Assembly (NCBI GenBank): GCA_041664165.1
Contig: JBAYLH010000003.1
Span: 3,247-67,246 of the forward strand
Direction: 5' to 3'
DNA: 64,000 nt
Source: Candidatus Buchananbacteria bacterium
Lineage (GTDB): Bacteria; Patescibacteriota; Patescibacteriia; Buchananbacterales; UBA6539
Part shown: positions 20,678 through 30,619 of the stretch, one piece after another
How the letters are laid out: every line of letters begins with the position of its first letter
Position numbering within the stretch: the first letter of the stretch is position 1
Position numbers and translations under genes: made by a program
The notes under the pieces: generated by a model
Told to the model about the DNA's origin: nothing
The model's database searches: none
Seen by the model: the letters and a program-made list of their open reading frames with translations, nothing else

Positions 20678-21565
20678 CTATTCTTTATCAGTAAAGACCA
20701 CTAACCGGTTGGGATAATTTTTGGAAATTTGATTCCAAACTCCGTCACAGGTAATAATGTTCAGATGTGCTTTTCCATCATTTGAGTCAAATATGTCTGA
20801 AGCATCCGCATCCGAATCATACCTTCGACTTTCGCGCACCACAAAGGCTGTAATCACCCCTTTATCATCTTCAACATATAATTTATCACCTTGGCGTAAT
20901 TTATATAAATTATCAAACACTGATGCTCTCCCGTTTTCCCTTCCATCATAGTGTCCAGCGATGACGGCGCTGCCATTCTCCCCGGGGCGCGGCCCGAGTT
21001 CAAACCAAGCTACATTTTCCTGGCTTTTAGATATATACATTGCTCCCTCGGGAGTAAGACACACAGGTTCAATAACAGAATCAACACTAATCCCTGGAAT
21101 TTTAAGACGCACCGGCAATCCAAAAACTGCTTGTCCTGGTTTTAAGAAAGAGACTTCATTTCCAACAAGTGGCATTGAGCTAATATGAATTGAATTTTTG
21201 GGAATAAAATCAATAATAGCGTTGAGCCTTATCAAAGTTTTGGGTCCTACCCGGCCATAGCCGGTAGTTTCAGGCGTTCCGTTAAAAACGATTCTCTGCG
21301 CCGTTTGAAATTTCTGCATTGCCGATTGGGTTAGAGAATCAAAGCATCCGGTAATAAAACCTGAAGGATAGATATCGGCATTTGTCGCCAGATATGCCTG
21401 AAGCTCAACCACATCCGATCCGCTTGAACCGAAATCCAACTGGCTGGTTATTGTGGCACTGGCGTTCTGAATTCCAATAAACAAAACAAAAAATATTACT
21501 ACCATCATTACCCCAAAAAGAAGGCCTTTTTCCGACATACTTTGTAGATTGATTGTTTTGTTCAT
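20678..21565 (-). CDS. sortase-family transpeptidase fused to an N-terminal peptidoglycan-binding (PG_binding_1-like) domain
   Basis: 295 aa with an N-terminal TM anchor. The GSSGSDVVELQAYL...GCFDSLTQSAMQKFQ segment is PG-binding-like. The C-terminal domain carries a sortase catalytic-triad layout: His (VIAGHYDG), then ~67 residues to Cys (LNIITCDG), then 14 residues to Arg (NRLVVF). The LKIPGISVDSVIEPV strand is also sortase-like. Confidence 0.5.
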   Translation of the reverse strand: MNKTINLQSMSEKGLLFGVMMVVIFFVLFIGIQNASATITSQLDFGSSGSDVVELQAYLATNADIYPSGFITGCFDSLTQSAMQKFQTAQRIVFNGTPETTGYGRVGPKTLIRLNAIIDFIPKNSIHISSMPLVGNEVSFLKPGQAVFGLPVRLKIPGISVDSVIEPVCLTPEGAMYISKSQENVAWFELGPRPGENGSAVIAGHYDGRENGRASVFDNLYKLRQGDKLYVEDDKGVITAFVVRESRRYDSDADASDIFDSNDGKAHLNIITCDGVWNQISKNYPNRLVVFTDKE

Positions 21566-21782
21566 ATTATTTTTATTAGACTAAACTCAAATATTTTAAA
21601 TAGATCTTATTATTAATTGGCTCAGAATGTTACTGGCCCAGTGACACTCAATATGGTTTTATTAGACATGTCAATACGAAAAGAACAGATAAAGCCATAA
21701 GCAAAAATCCGAACAACGATGATGCTATTGGTTATTAATTTTTTTAATATTAGATTGGTGCAACTAAATCTTTACGATGCTA

Positions 21783-22148
21783 TTACTTGACCTTCTGTTC
21801 TTGCTCGTCAAGCTTAGCTGCGGCTTCTGGCGTTGATACGGTTTTACTCATCAAAAATAGTTTGACAATTGCGAAGGCAATCATAAAATATACCGCCATC
21901 GCCAAAATGGTTGTCCATTCAAAGATGCTGCCTTGCACCGTGGTCATTGGAAATACTGCCAAAAAAGGAGCAGTAAATGGCCAGGTAATGAGGTAGATAA
22001 AATTCGTAAACCCCGCTTCAGGATTCGCTCCTGTTAGCTTGAGTGCCAGGCGGAACACTAATAATACCTCAAGTAGTGAAAGAAGGTACCACACAATTTG
22101 GGTGCCCTTAAATAGCGGTTTTGTCGTGGGAGAGTTGTATGAATCCAT
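21783..22148 (-). CDS. YggT/Ycf19-like small membrane protein
   Basis: 121 aa with two hydrophobic segments and R..L.L.GANP...FT.FIY..T.PF motifs. Confidence 0.4.
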   Translation of the reverse strand: MDSYNSPTTKPLFKGTQIVWYLLSLLEVLLVFRLALKLTGANPEAGFTNFIYLITWPFTAPFLAVFPMTTVQGSIFEWTTILAMAVYFMIAFAIVKLFLMSKTVSTPEAAAKLDEQEQKVK

Positions 22149-22179
22149 AATCGTAAATGTTAATTAATTAGAAGTTGTT

Positions 22180-22428
22180 TTAACGCCGCACTGCTCTCAC
22201 AATGGCAATAAGTATACATGCCCCAAGCAAGGCGACCAGAAAACTGTACAAGTCAAATCCCCCCACTCCGCTTTTTCCAATAACGCTCATGATCCAACCG
22301 CCGATAACTGCCCCGACCACGCCGACAATGATATTCAGTAACACTCCCTGTTGCCCATCAGTCTTCATAATTAAAGAAGCGACCCAACCGACGATTGCCC
22401 CAAAAATGATCCAAAGGATAATTCCCAT
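22180..22428 (-). CDS. GlsB/YeaQ/YmgE family (transglycosylase-associated) stress membrane protein
   Basis: 82 aa. GAIVGWVASLI...GVLLNIIVGVVGAVIGGWI is the family signature. Confidence 0.75.
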   Translation of the reverse strand: MGIILWIIFGAIVGWVASLIMKTDGQQGVLLNIIVGVVGAVIGGWIMSVIGKSGVGGFDLYSFLVALLGACILIAIVRAVRR

Positions 22429-22504
22429 AGAGTTGTAGTTAAATTATTAATAATTTGTTCGCCAAAAGTGTTTTGACCGCGGGCGGATTAAACGAATCCT
22501 AAGA

Positions 22505-22738
22505 TTAAGGAGTCGGAGGCGAAGCGTTTACCGCTGGCAACGCAACATTAACATTTGGCAAATTAACTTTCACGTCAATATTGCCGTTTTGAGGCGTAAC
22601 ACGGCTAGACCGAATTGCCGGCAGAGCATAGACAAAAAACAAGCCAACCACCACCAGCAACACAACCACGCCAATTATTATGCCAACGCCGGAACCCGAT
22701 CCTTCCCCGTTTCCGGGATTATTAATTACTGTTGTCAT
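22505..22738 (-). CDS. small Gly-rich membrane protein, hypothetical
   Basis: 77 aa with a single TM helix. No family recognised. Confidence 0.3.
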   Translation of the reverse strand: MTTVINNPGNGEGSGSGVGIIIGVVVLLVVVGLFFVYALPAIRSSRVTPQNGNIDVKVNLPNVNVALPAVNASPPTP

Positions 22739-22857
22739 AAATTTGAATTAATTTCAATTTTTTTTAATTATGTTTTTTCTTCCCTTTCGACCTAAAATTG
22801 GGAAAAATTATTTTACAAACTTGCTATTTTTCTTACTCTAATTTATATCGCCGATAT

Positions 22858-23100
22858 TTAAGAATTACTCTTGGCTGCTTGCTTGTCAGCTTGATCCTTA
22901 TGCTCCTCAGCAGCAGCATTATGAGCATCGGCAGCTTTAATTTCTGCCTGATGCGCTGACTTATCTTGTCCGGCTGCGACTTCATCTTTTTGTTTTAAAT
23001 CATCTGTCATATTGTTTTTCATTATTGAATTAAAGAATAAATTATATAATCTTTTTGTCTTCTTATTTTGATTGGAGAAACTATTTACGAACAGTTTCAT
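22858..23100 (-). CDS. small hydrophilic Ala/Lys/Asp-rich protein (general-stress-like), hypothetical
   Basis: 80-aa ORF. An internal Met (MTDDLKQKD...) would give a ~50-aa, CsbD-like composition. Confidence 0.3.
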   Translation of the reverse strand: MKLFVNSFSNQNKKTKRLYNLFFNSIMKNNMTDDLKQKDEVAAGQDKSAHQAEIKAADAHNAAAEEHKDQADKQAAKSNS

Positions 23101-23238
23101 AAACCTGCCAAAGAGGCTAAAGGTACTCCCGTTGGCCTTGATACAGGTCTCGATTTATACCTGCCTCAAGTTTCTAAGGTTTTAATTTGCGCTTAGATAG
23201 GCTTGAATTATTGGTCCGAAATTCCCCCCAAACCAAAA

Positions 23239-24414
23239 CTATTCTAAGTTGTTACCAAACAGCAAGCCGGCAGTGCCCAAATTATTAAACTCTTTAATGA
23301 TTTTATTCCAGCTGGAACCAAAATGCTTTGCCGCCGCCAGTTCATTGATGATCCAGTGAAGTTTGTGGCTGGCGTCGACGAAAAATACTTCGACGGAATT
23401 CTTACTTTTTACCAGCCAGTCGGTTTGGATATCGGAAATGGAGTAGCCGGTTATAAACTGCTGGCCAAAATCCGAAGCTGGAGGGGCTAAAGGAGCTGCC
23501 TGCTGAGCTAACACTGCGTTAGAACAATCTTGCTGGTTGTTGAATGTTTGCAACCCCAAATACATATATGTACCACAAAATTCTTTTTGTGATTGGCAGG
23601 TTGTATTTGTATTATCAAACCAATAAAGATTCGAACATGTTAGTTGTGGCGTTGGCGGCAAAACGGCAACAGTTGGCATAGCAACCGCGTTAGAATCCAG
23701 CGTCACTGCGGTCTGAGCCAAAGCTCTGCCGTTTAAGGTTGCACCAGTATCTAAGACAATTGCTGTTTGGTCCAATATATTTCCATTAAAGACTGACGTT
23801 GTTCCAAGTGTCGTCTGTCCGGCAACAACCCAGAAAATATTACTCGCCTGGGCGCCACCGGCCAAAATAACGTGCGCCGCGGAACTCACAATAAGATTTT
23901 GGGCTATCTGAAAAATCCAAATTTCATTGGCTCCGCCCGAAAGCGTGACATCGGTTGGGATGATCAAACCAGTACCCCATTTATAAACACCAGAAGCAAG
24001 CGTCAATCCGCCGATATTTCCGGCGCCCAATTCAGTCACGCTCGGCGCCCGTCCCATGGTATCGGTGTATGCGGTTTGCATATCAAGTACCGCCGTGGTT
24101 AAGTTGGCAGGCGTTCGATTAGCATAGTCAGACGCATAGACTTTTCCCGTAATTAAAGCTGATGTGGAAAAGGCACTTGCCGCCGGCAAAATTAACGCAA
24201 ATCCGGTGATGTAACTTGCGGCGGCCGGACTCAATCCAATATCTCCAGTAATTGAGGTGGATCCGGTAGTTGAGATTCCGGTTTTTGCTAAAATCACAAA
24301 ATTACCTGAATCGCCGAGATTTACTGTTGCTACGCTTGCAACACTTGACCCAGCTAAGCCAAGTGTAAACACGGTAACCAATATAGCAACCAAAACTTTG
24401 TCAAACATTTTCAT
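23239..24414 (-). CDS. secreted ice-binding-like protein (DUF3494 family) with extra C-terminal Cys-containing domain
   Basis: 391 aa. Signal peptide, then NLGDSGNFVILAKTGISTTGSTSITGDIGLSP...ANEIWIFQI...ASNIFWVVAG...FNGNIL...TLNGRALAQTAVTL, which matches the DUF3494/IBP-1 fold signature almost motif for motif. Confidence 0.8.
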   Translation of the reverse strand: MKMFDKVLVAILVTVFTLGLAGSSVASVATVNLGDSGNFVILAKTGISTTGSTSITGDIGLSPAAASYITGFALILPAASAFSTSALITGKVYASDYANRTPANLTTAVLDMQTAYTDTMGRAPSVTELGAGNIGGLTLASGVYKWGTGLIIPTDVTLSGGANEIWIFQIAQNLIVSSAAHVILAGGAQASNIFWVVAGQTTLGTTSVFNGNILDQTAIVLDTGATLNGRALAQTAVTLDSNAVAMPTVAVLPPTPQLTCSNLYWFDNTNTTCQSQKEFCGTYMYLGLQTFNNQQDCSNAVLAQQAAPLAPPASDFGQQFITGYSISDIQTDWLVKSKNSVEVFFVDASHKLHWIINELAAAKHFGSSWNKIIKEFNNLGTAGLLFGNNLE

Positions 24415-24432
24415 AATTATTAGTTAAATTTA

Positions 24433-25032
24433 TTAGTATGCTTTCTTTTTAAGTCCATTAATTTCTTTTTCTAATTTTTTAATATAAATCTCCAGTTTCT
24501 GTGTTCGTTCTATGAGCTTAGCCTCTAACTGCTTTGAGTGACCGGCCAGTGTTTCGGCGACAACCATCATTTCTGTGATGTCTTCGATTGCTAAAAGAAT
24601 AATAGGTGAAAACAGTTCTGAAGCCATATCCTCTTTTTTAAAATGAATCTGGCGGGCATTTAAAATCATGGCCTTATGTCCGATGAAAGGAAACTCATGA
24701 ACAACTTCAAAACCATTAAAAAATGTATTCTTGGGCAAAATATCTTCAAGCAGTTTTCGTAAGCCAGGAATATTCCATTGACCATTCCCAAGTTCATACA
24801 CAATCTTGCCCTCGGTATCTTTTGATTCGACCTGAAATGTTTGATAGAAAGGTTCATTGGCCACCAGTACGCGAAAATTTTTATCAAGAATTAAAATTGG
24901 CTCCCGCAAGACATCAACCATGGTTTTAATGTATGCCCAGCTTTCTTCCCATAAACGTTCAAAAAAATGCTCATAAGAATTAGGCCCGATTGGTTTAAGA
25001 GTTTGTTTTATACCATTTTTTGTTATTTCCAT
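24433..25032 (-). CDS. PAS-domain protein with C-terminal coiled coil
   Basis: 199 aa. ILILDKNFRVLVANEPFYQTF...GKIVYELGNGQWNIPGLRKLLE is PAS-like. The C-terminus is a heptad-like KLIERTQKLEIYIKKLEKEINGLKK. Confidence 0.5.
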   Translation of the reverse strand: MEITKNGIKQTLKPIGPNSYEHFFERLWEESWAYIKTMVDVLREPILILDKNFRVLVANEPFYQTFQVESKDTEGKIVYELGNGQWNIPGLRKLLEDILPKNTFFNGFEVVHEFPFIGHKAMILNARQIHFKKEDMASELFSPIILLAIEDITEMMVVAETLAGHSKQLEAKLIERTQKLEIYIKKLEKEINGLKKKAY

Positions 25033-25264
25033 ATTATGTAGCCGCTAGATAATTTGAATTATTACAGCCTTGCTACAAGATGCGCAACCTGTTATGCTTA
25101 AAGACCAAGTATACTTATTACTGGAATGCCGGTGTAATATGGCAAAACCAAATCGACGTGACTATAAATGCCGGAAATATAGATATATCTCCATTATTAC
25201 ATGATTATCACCGTACCGCTGTAATAATTACGTAATATAACATTGCCACTTCCGGCTTAAATAT

Positions 25265-25786
25265 ATGGCTCCAAAACAAGAGACACAGCTACAAACAGAA
25301 CTAACCATAGCCCACCACCGCTACGAGAAAAGGCTTAATGCCTACGCATTTTTCAAGGTCAATAACCGTGTAATTGGCGAAGATTTAGTGCAGGACACCT
25401 TCATAAAAACCTGGACCTACCTGGTCAGACGGGGAAAAATTGACATAATGAAAGCTTTTCTCTATCACGTCCTTAATGACTTGATCGTGGATGAATATCG
25501 AAAACATAAAACAATCTCACTTGATGCCCTCCTGGAAAAAGGTTTTGAACCGAGCACTGACAATTCCGGGCGTCTTTTCAATTTCTTGGATGGCAAGACC
25601 GCACTTCTATTAATTTCGCGCCTCCCCGAAAAATATCAAAAAGTGATGCAGATGCGGTATGTGCGAAATCTATCGCTTAAAGAAATATCCCTTATCACTG
25701 GACAGTCAAAAAACACCGTTACCGTGCAAGCCTATCGGGGACTAGCCAAGCTTAAATTATTATACAATTCCCCGGGCGTAATATAG
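25265..25786 (+). CDS. ECF-type RNA polymerase sigma factor (sigma-70 regions 2 and 4)
   Basis: 173 aa. Region-2-like VQDTFIKTW and a region-4 HTH (LSLKEISLITGQSKNTVTVQAYRGLAKLK). Confidence 0.8.
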   Translation: MAPKQETQLQTELTIAHHRYEKRLNAYAFFKVNNRVIGEDLVQDTFIKTWTYLVRRGKIDIMKAFLYHVLNDLIVDEYRKHKTISLDALLEKGFEPSTDNSGRLFNFLDGKTALLLISRLPEKYQKVMQMRYVRNLSLKEISLITGQSKNTVTVQAYRGLAKLKLLYNSPGVI

Positions 25787-25910
25787 AAACTAATCCTGTT
25801 TGTACATATATAACCATAAAAATCTGCCCATCAAATTAAAATCGCAACTCCAATAAAATACCTCGCTTTCGGGCGAGGTATTTTATTATCACTTCTTCTT
25901 GCATAATTCA

Positions 25911-27239
25911 CTATATAGATGATAATCCTGAGAGAACAACGATAGTGTCTGCCGCAATTGTTTTCTCATTATTATTTGCAGTTCCGCGAATTCGTACCGT
26001 ACTACCAATGGCGATGTTACTCCAGCTCCCAAGTTTTCCATCCACATATATAGTGGTCGAGTCATTAGTGCTAATCGTCCAGGTCTTGTCAGTATTATCT
26101 GTCTTAAAAAGCACAACTGTTAAGGTCTTCGCCGTACTGTCAATTGCCATGACTGAACCCAAGCGATGCGCCACGCCGAGCCGTTGAATCGAATCATCTT
26201 TGATTACTCGCGCCACAAGATGACCAGTGACCTCATCGCGCCGACCAATAATACGAATGGAGTCGCCCTCGCTCAATTCGTTTAAGAGCGCTTTCCCGTA
26301 GTATCTTCGCACCAGCATCGTATCACTTGTGATGTCAATCATAATCTTGGTTCCTGGAGCGCCGATCAGGTTATTGACATCGTTTTTTTGATAAAATTTT
26401 GAATCAGCAACTGTTGCCTCAATAGTAATTGGCACTGCTAGGTCTTGCGGGATCATGGTTATAGTTGCGGGTACCACCCATCGTGTCACGCGCATAAAAA
26501 GATCATTACCGCGACGCAGGACAACTAAGATACTGGCATTCCAGGTCAACCGATTACCGTCGTTATTATCAGTAACTCGTGCACGAATACGATCACCCAC
26601 CTGTAAATCAGTGATACTGGCTGGATTCTTAGTACCAGCGACCATATTTGCATTAGTTAAATTCAACGTGAGGGTATCAGTGCCCCATAAAACGTCGACT
26701 TTATTCGTATCTGTGTGGATTGCCGTAATCCAGCCATTAATTCCCTTATGCCCGGGTTTAAAAGCATTATTGCCGAGCCGAATTGCAACCAGCTCATCAC
26801 TATTTATAAAGTGCCGCGCCGTAAAAGTGATAGGATCTCCGGCGATCCAATCGCTGAGGCTCGCTTGGGCGCCGCCATTAGTAGTAATTCTGGTACTACT
26901 ATCAATTTCAAAGGTGTTGTCTTTAGTAACCCCATCAGAATTGGTTGTACGAATAATAATCGTCGTATTCTGGGCTGTCGTGTTGCCGATTTCAATCAAA
27001 GTGCCGGTACCAGACACTACTTCAATTGCTTCAGAGGTCGCTTCATTAATAGTACTTTCTTTTGCCCCGATCATCTCCGCTTTTACGTCAATATTTACAT
27101 CGGTGCTCACATGTTCGCCAATCCTTAAATTTTCATAGAGATTCAGGCCTAATGCACTAGCCGGTATTGGCGGACAGACTGCTATCATAAGTAGCCCAAG
27201 AACCAAAAATATTGTTTTCATTTTTCTCATATACTTCAT
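25911..27239 (-). CDS. secreted repeat protein (DUF5666-like beta repeats), hypothetical
   Basis: 442 aa with a signal peptide. Recurrent units of the type D.I.V.G....DE..G.L.A..I. Confidence 0.4.
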   Translation of the reverse strand: MKYMRKMKTIFLVLGLLMIAVCPPIPASALGLNLYENLRIGEHVSTDVNIDVKAEMIGAKESTINEATSEAIEVVSGTGTLIEIGNTTAQNTTIIIRTTNSDGVTKDNTFEIDSSTRITTNGGAQASLSDWIAGDPITFTARHFINSDELVAIRLGNNAFKPGHKGINGWITAIHTDTNKVDVLWGTDTLTLNLTNANMVAGTKNPASITDLQVGDRIRARVTDNNDGNRLTWNASILVVLRRGNDLFMRVTRWVVPATITMIPQDLAVPITIEATVADSKFYQKNDVNNLIGAPGTKIMIDITSDTMLVRRYYGKALLNELSEGDSIRIIGRRDEVTGHLVARVIKDDSIQRLGVAHRLGSVMAIDSTAKTLTVVLFKTDNTDKTWTISTNDSTTIYVDGKLGSWSNIAIGSTVRIRGTANNNEKTIAADTIVVLSGLSSI

Positions 27240-27295
27240 ATTTCTATTAGTTAATTATTATAATGATCGGCTTAAATAAAGCCTGTTAAAATTCG

Positions 27296-27625
27296 CTAAC
27301 GACCAAGATAGCCGGAGCCGGTGTCGATGTAGGCACTGATAGCTTGGCTCGGATAGATAACGACCGGCACGACTTGATTGGTTTCAATCGTCTCGGTGGC
27401 GATCGGCCTCGCACCGACGTTCAAAAAGTACTGGAGCGAACGCAGAGTTATAACCAAGGCCAAAACTACTAAAAAAACACCAAGCAAATTAATCACTAAT
27501 TCATAATTGGTTTGTTTGCGTGTTAATGCTTGCGTCTGTGATGAGCTACTAAACAACGACACCACATCGTAGCCAGGGTATATCACTTTCATATTATTTG
27601 TAGTTAAATAGATTTGCGTTATCAT
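27296..27625 (-). CDS. hypothetical single-pass membrane protein
   Basis: 109 aa with a central TM helix. Confidence 0.3.
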   Translation of the reverse strand: MITQIYLTTNNMKVIYPGYDVVSLFSSSSQTQALTRKQTNYELVINLLGVFLVVLALVITLRSLQYFLNVGARPIATETIETNQVVPVVIYPSQAISAYIDTGSGYLGR

Positions 27626-27723
27626 TGCTATATTAATGCCGTTTCAAAAACAAATATATTACAACTAAAAACTGACAGGGATTAGTAAAAAGGTATATAA
27701 TCAAAGTAACAAAACCTAATTTT

Positions 27724-28698
27724 ATGAAAAAAATCATTTTTATTGTCGCTTTAATATCAATATTAGCCACGGGCTGTCTGATTGACAGTACTCCCCCAAC
27801 CCGACCAGTCGCCTGCACGACGGAAGCTAAACTTTGCCCCGATGGCAGCTATGTAGGTAGAACTGGGCCAGGTTGTCAATTTAGGGCCTGTCCCACTCCA
27901 ATTCAAGCCACTTCGACACCGACAAGTTTAGATATAAATTGTAAATTAGACGCTGATTGTCCAACATCTGCCTATACTTGCCAAGCGATTGAAGGTTCAG
28001 GCACAGTTTATCCAAATAACACTAAACCGCCGTCTTACACGATTACTAAAGGAGTATGTAAAATTAAACTAGGATATAAATGCAACCTTGACGCTGAATG
28101 CCTGCCAGGCTTAATTTGTCATAATCGTTTATGCACTAATCCGATCGGTTCAAGTTGTAACGGCGCCGATGATACCAGCTGCCCAAATGGTTACAAATGT
28201 ATCCAAAGTTGCGGACCACCGATAGCCAGAAGTGGGGAACCACCGCCGCCATGGTTTTGTGAATTAAATGAGATTGCCGATAAACCAAAAAATTGTCCGA
28301 TTTGCCTTGCTTCTAACACAAAAATTTCTACCCCAAACGGGGAGGTAAATATCAGAGATATTAAAATCGGCATGCCAGTTTGGTCTTTGGACAGCAAAGG
28401 TAAAAGAATAGTCAGTAAAGTCATTACTGTTTCGCATACTCCAACGCCTAAGACACACAAAGTCATTCACTTAGTTTTGAATGACAAAAGAGAAGTTTGG
28501 GCTTCCTTTAATCATCCGACCGTAAATGGTTTGCCAATCGGCAGTCTAAAAATGGGTGAAACTTATAATGGCGGTCAAATAATAAAAACTGAGTTGATAC
28601 TATACTGGGATACGGCAACCTATGATTTATTGCCGAATAGCGACACTGGCTATTATTGGGCTAATAAAATTTTACTTGGCAGTACGTTAGGGCTATAA
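27724..28698 (+). CDS. lipoprotein with Cys-rich repeats and C-terminal Hint/BIL (bacterial intein-like) domain
   Basis: 324 aa. The lipobox is LATGC. Three or four CxxxxC-rich modules follow. The C-terminal region CLASNTKISTPNGEVNIRDIKIGMPVWSL...NHPTVNG...YDLLP..GYYWANKILLGS has the N-terminal Cys block and the C-terminal block of a Hint domain. Confidence 0.5.
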   Translation: MKKIIFIVALISILATGCLIDSTPPTRPVACTTEAKLCPDGSYVGRTGPGCQFRACPTPIQATSTPTSLDINCKLDADCPTSAYTCQAIEGSGTVYPNNTKPPSYTITKGVCKIKLGYKCNLDAECLPGLICHNRLCTNPIGSSCNGADDTSCPNGYKCIQSCGPPIARSGEPPPPWFCELNEIADKPKNCPICLASNTKISTPNGEVNIRDIKIGMPVWSLDSKGKRIVSKVITVSHTPTPKTHKVIHLVLNDKREVWASFNHPTVNGLPIGSLKMGETYNGGQIIKTELILYWDTATYDLLPNSDTGYYWANKILLGSTLGL

Positions 28699-28957
28699 AA
28701 TTAATCAAAAATAAAAGTCGCTCCGAGCGACAAAAAGTATTTCTAAAGAGGAGCCGAGGGGCGGTTTTTTGGTATAAAGAAAAACCACTTCATTTTTCGC
28801 CCGCTCGCCATGATTATCTTTCGCGCTTAAACGTGCGGCGGAAAAAAATGGATTACTGTTGAAAGTAAAATTTGGTATAATTAAAGTTGTTATGAAAAAC
28901 ACTATGAAAAAATCATTTTTGTGATATAATAAAAATAGGCGTAAATTTATTAACTTT

Positions 28958-29515
28958 ATGGTAAATAACAATACAATCAATAATGATGATATTTTGACTC
29001 GGAGAGATCAAAATCAAAATGCGCCACAGCGCCAACCGATTATTAGAAAGGGCTTTATACTATCAATAGTGTGTTCAATGATGATGCTTGCTGTCGTTAT
29101 TTGGATCATTAATTTTGGCATAAATATTTATCCTTGCGGTTATACTACTGAGGAATATAACAATAAGAATCTGATTCCGGGAAATAATATGATTATCAGC
29201 GGAATCGATACGGACTCAGTCCATTTAATTCCTAAAGGAAATCTTGGCAGTAATTTCCATGCCTTCTCTTGTCCTTATACAGTTCAACCGAAATTTGATT
29301 TTTTTATTTCTGATATTAATTATGGTTCTTTTGCCGGAGAAATCCCTAATGGAAAAGAATTAGAAATAGTTAGCAGCTATAGGATGATAAAACATGGAGT
29401 TAATGGCTTAAGTGAAAGTGGCACTTATGAATCTTATGTCTTATTAAAAGATGAAGGCGGCATCTATTATATGGCAGATTCTAATCTTTTTGTTAAATCT
29501 GTTAACTCTAAATAG
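28958..29515 (+). CDS. hypothetical N-terminally anchored protein (AT-rich gene)
   Basis: 185 aa. One TM helix, then a soluble domain. The surrounding ~0.8 kb is much more AT-rich than its neighbours. Confidence 0.35.
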   Translation: MVNNNTINNDDILTRRDQNQNAPQRQPIIRKGFILSIVCSMMMLAVVIWIINFGINIYPCGYTTEEYNNKNLIPGNNMIISGIDTDSVHLIPKGNLGSNFHAFSCPYTVQPKFDFFISDINYGSFAGEIPNGKELEIVSSYRMIKHGVNGLSESGTYESYVLLKDEGGIYYMADSNLFVKSVNSK

Positions 29516-29672
29516 TGTTAAATAATTTATAGCAAAAATATCACTCTTAAATTGGAAAAAATAAAAGTCGCCTAACCGGCGGTTTTTTGCTTGCTCGCCC
29601 TGCCTGACGGCAGTCAGGGCAGATAGGCTCCTTGGCTCGCCATCCGGCGGCTGGCGGGGTATAATTAAAACT

Positions 29673-30176
29673 ATGAAACTCCTCAAAACCATCCAATTCA
29701 AAAACTTAACCGCCGAACAAATAGCCAGGTTTGAAAAACGTAATGCGGCTCGGGCAATCGTTACTGATAATAACGACAATATCGACTTGTTACACGTTAC
29801 CAAACAAAATTATCATAAGCTGCCCGGCGGCGGAATCGAAGCCGGCGAGGATAAAATAACCGCGGTTCACCGGGAATGTTTGGAAGAATTAGGCTGCCAG
29901 ATCCAAGTTACCGGAGAAATTGGCAGTATTATTGAGTTTCGGGACAAATTGCCGCTTAAGATGAAATCATTTTGCTATGCCGCTAAACTCAAAGGAAAAA
30001 AAGGAAAACCAACTTTTAACCAAAATGAAATAAGCGACGGCTTCAAAATCAAATGGACCAATCCGCAAAAAGCGGCTCAGCTGATGGAAAACGACACGCC
30101 AAGGGATTATAACGGAAAATTTATTCAAATCAGAGATTTAACTTTTTTGAAAGAATTTCTAAAGCTACAAAAATAA
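29673..30176 (+). CDS. NUDIX hydrolase
   Basis: 167 aa. The Nudix box is GGGIEAGEDKITAVHRECLEELG. Confidence 0.8.
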   Translation: MKLLKTIQFKNLTAEQIARFEKRNAARAIVTDNNDNIDLLHVTKQNYHKLPGGGIEAGEDKITAVHRECLEELGCQIQVTGEIGSIIEFRDKLPLKMKSFCYAAKLKGKKGKPTFNQNEISDGFKIKWTNPQKAAQLMENDTPRDYNGKFIQIRDLTFLKEFLKLQK

Positions 30177-30295
30177 TTCTAATATTTTCTTTTCTTCCCG
30201 GCTATTTGATCAATCGCCAAACCGACGATTTTTTGCCTGCCCGCCTCTGGTGGGGTATAATTAGTATAAGTTTTATTAAGGTTTAAATTAAACAA

Positions 30296-30619
30296 ATGCC
30301 ACTTAAACAATTACACGTCGTAAAAAAAATAAAATTTCTGGCATCTAGTATTTTTATCACCAAAAAACAAATAGTCGACGAGGTAGAAAAAAATGCTCAA
30401 AAACATCACCTAATCAATCAGAGGCAAGAAGAAGAAGACGATGCCAGAGTTGACCATGCTCAAAAGGAGCTAAAAAAAGAAAATGAAATAGCAAACTCTA
30501 ACTATTATTCACTAATATTTAAGACCTTAGTAATAAGCGTTTTTGTTAATTTAATTTTTTTAGCCGCTTTGGCGTTAGTTATAATTTTTTTTATAAACAA
30601 AAATAATTACTATGGCTAA
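30296..30619 (+). CDS. hypothetical protein with C-terminal TM helix
   Basis: 107 aa, charged N-terminal half, hydrophobic C-terminus. Confidence 0.3.
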   Translation: MPLKQLHVVKKIKFLASSIFITKKQIVDEVEKNAQKHHLINQRQEEEDDARVDHAQKELKKENEIANSNYYSLIFKTLVISVFVNLIFLAALALVIIFFINKNNYYG

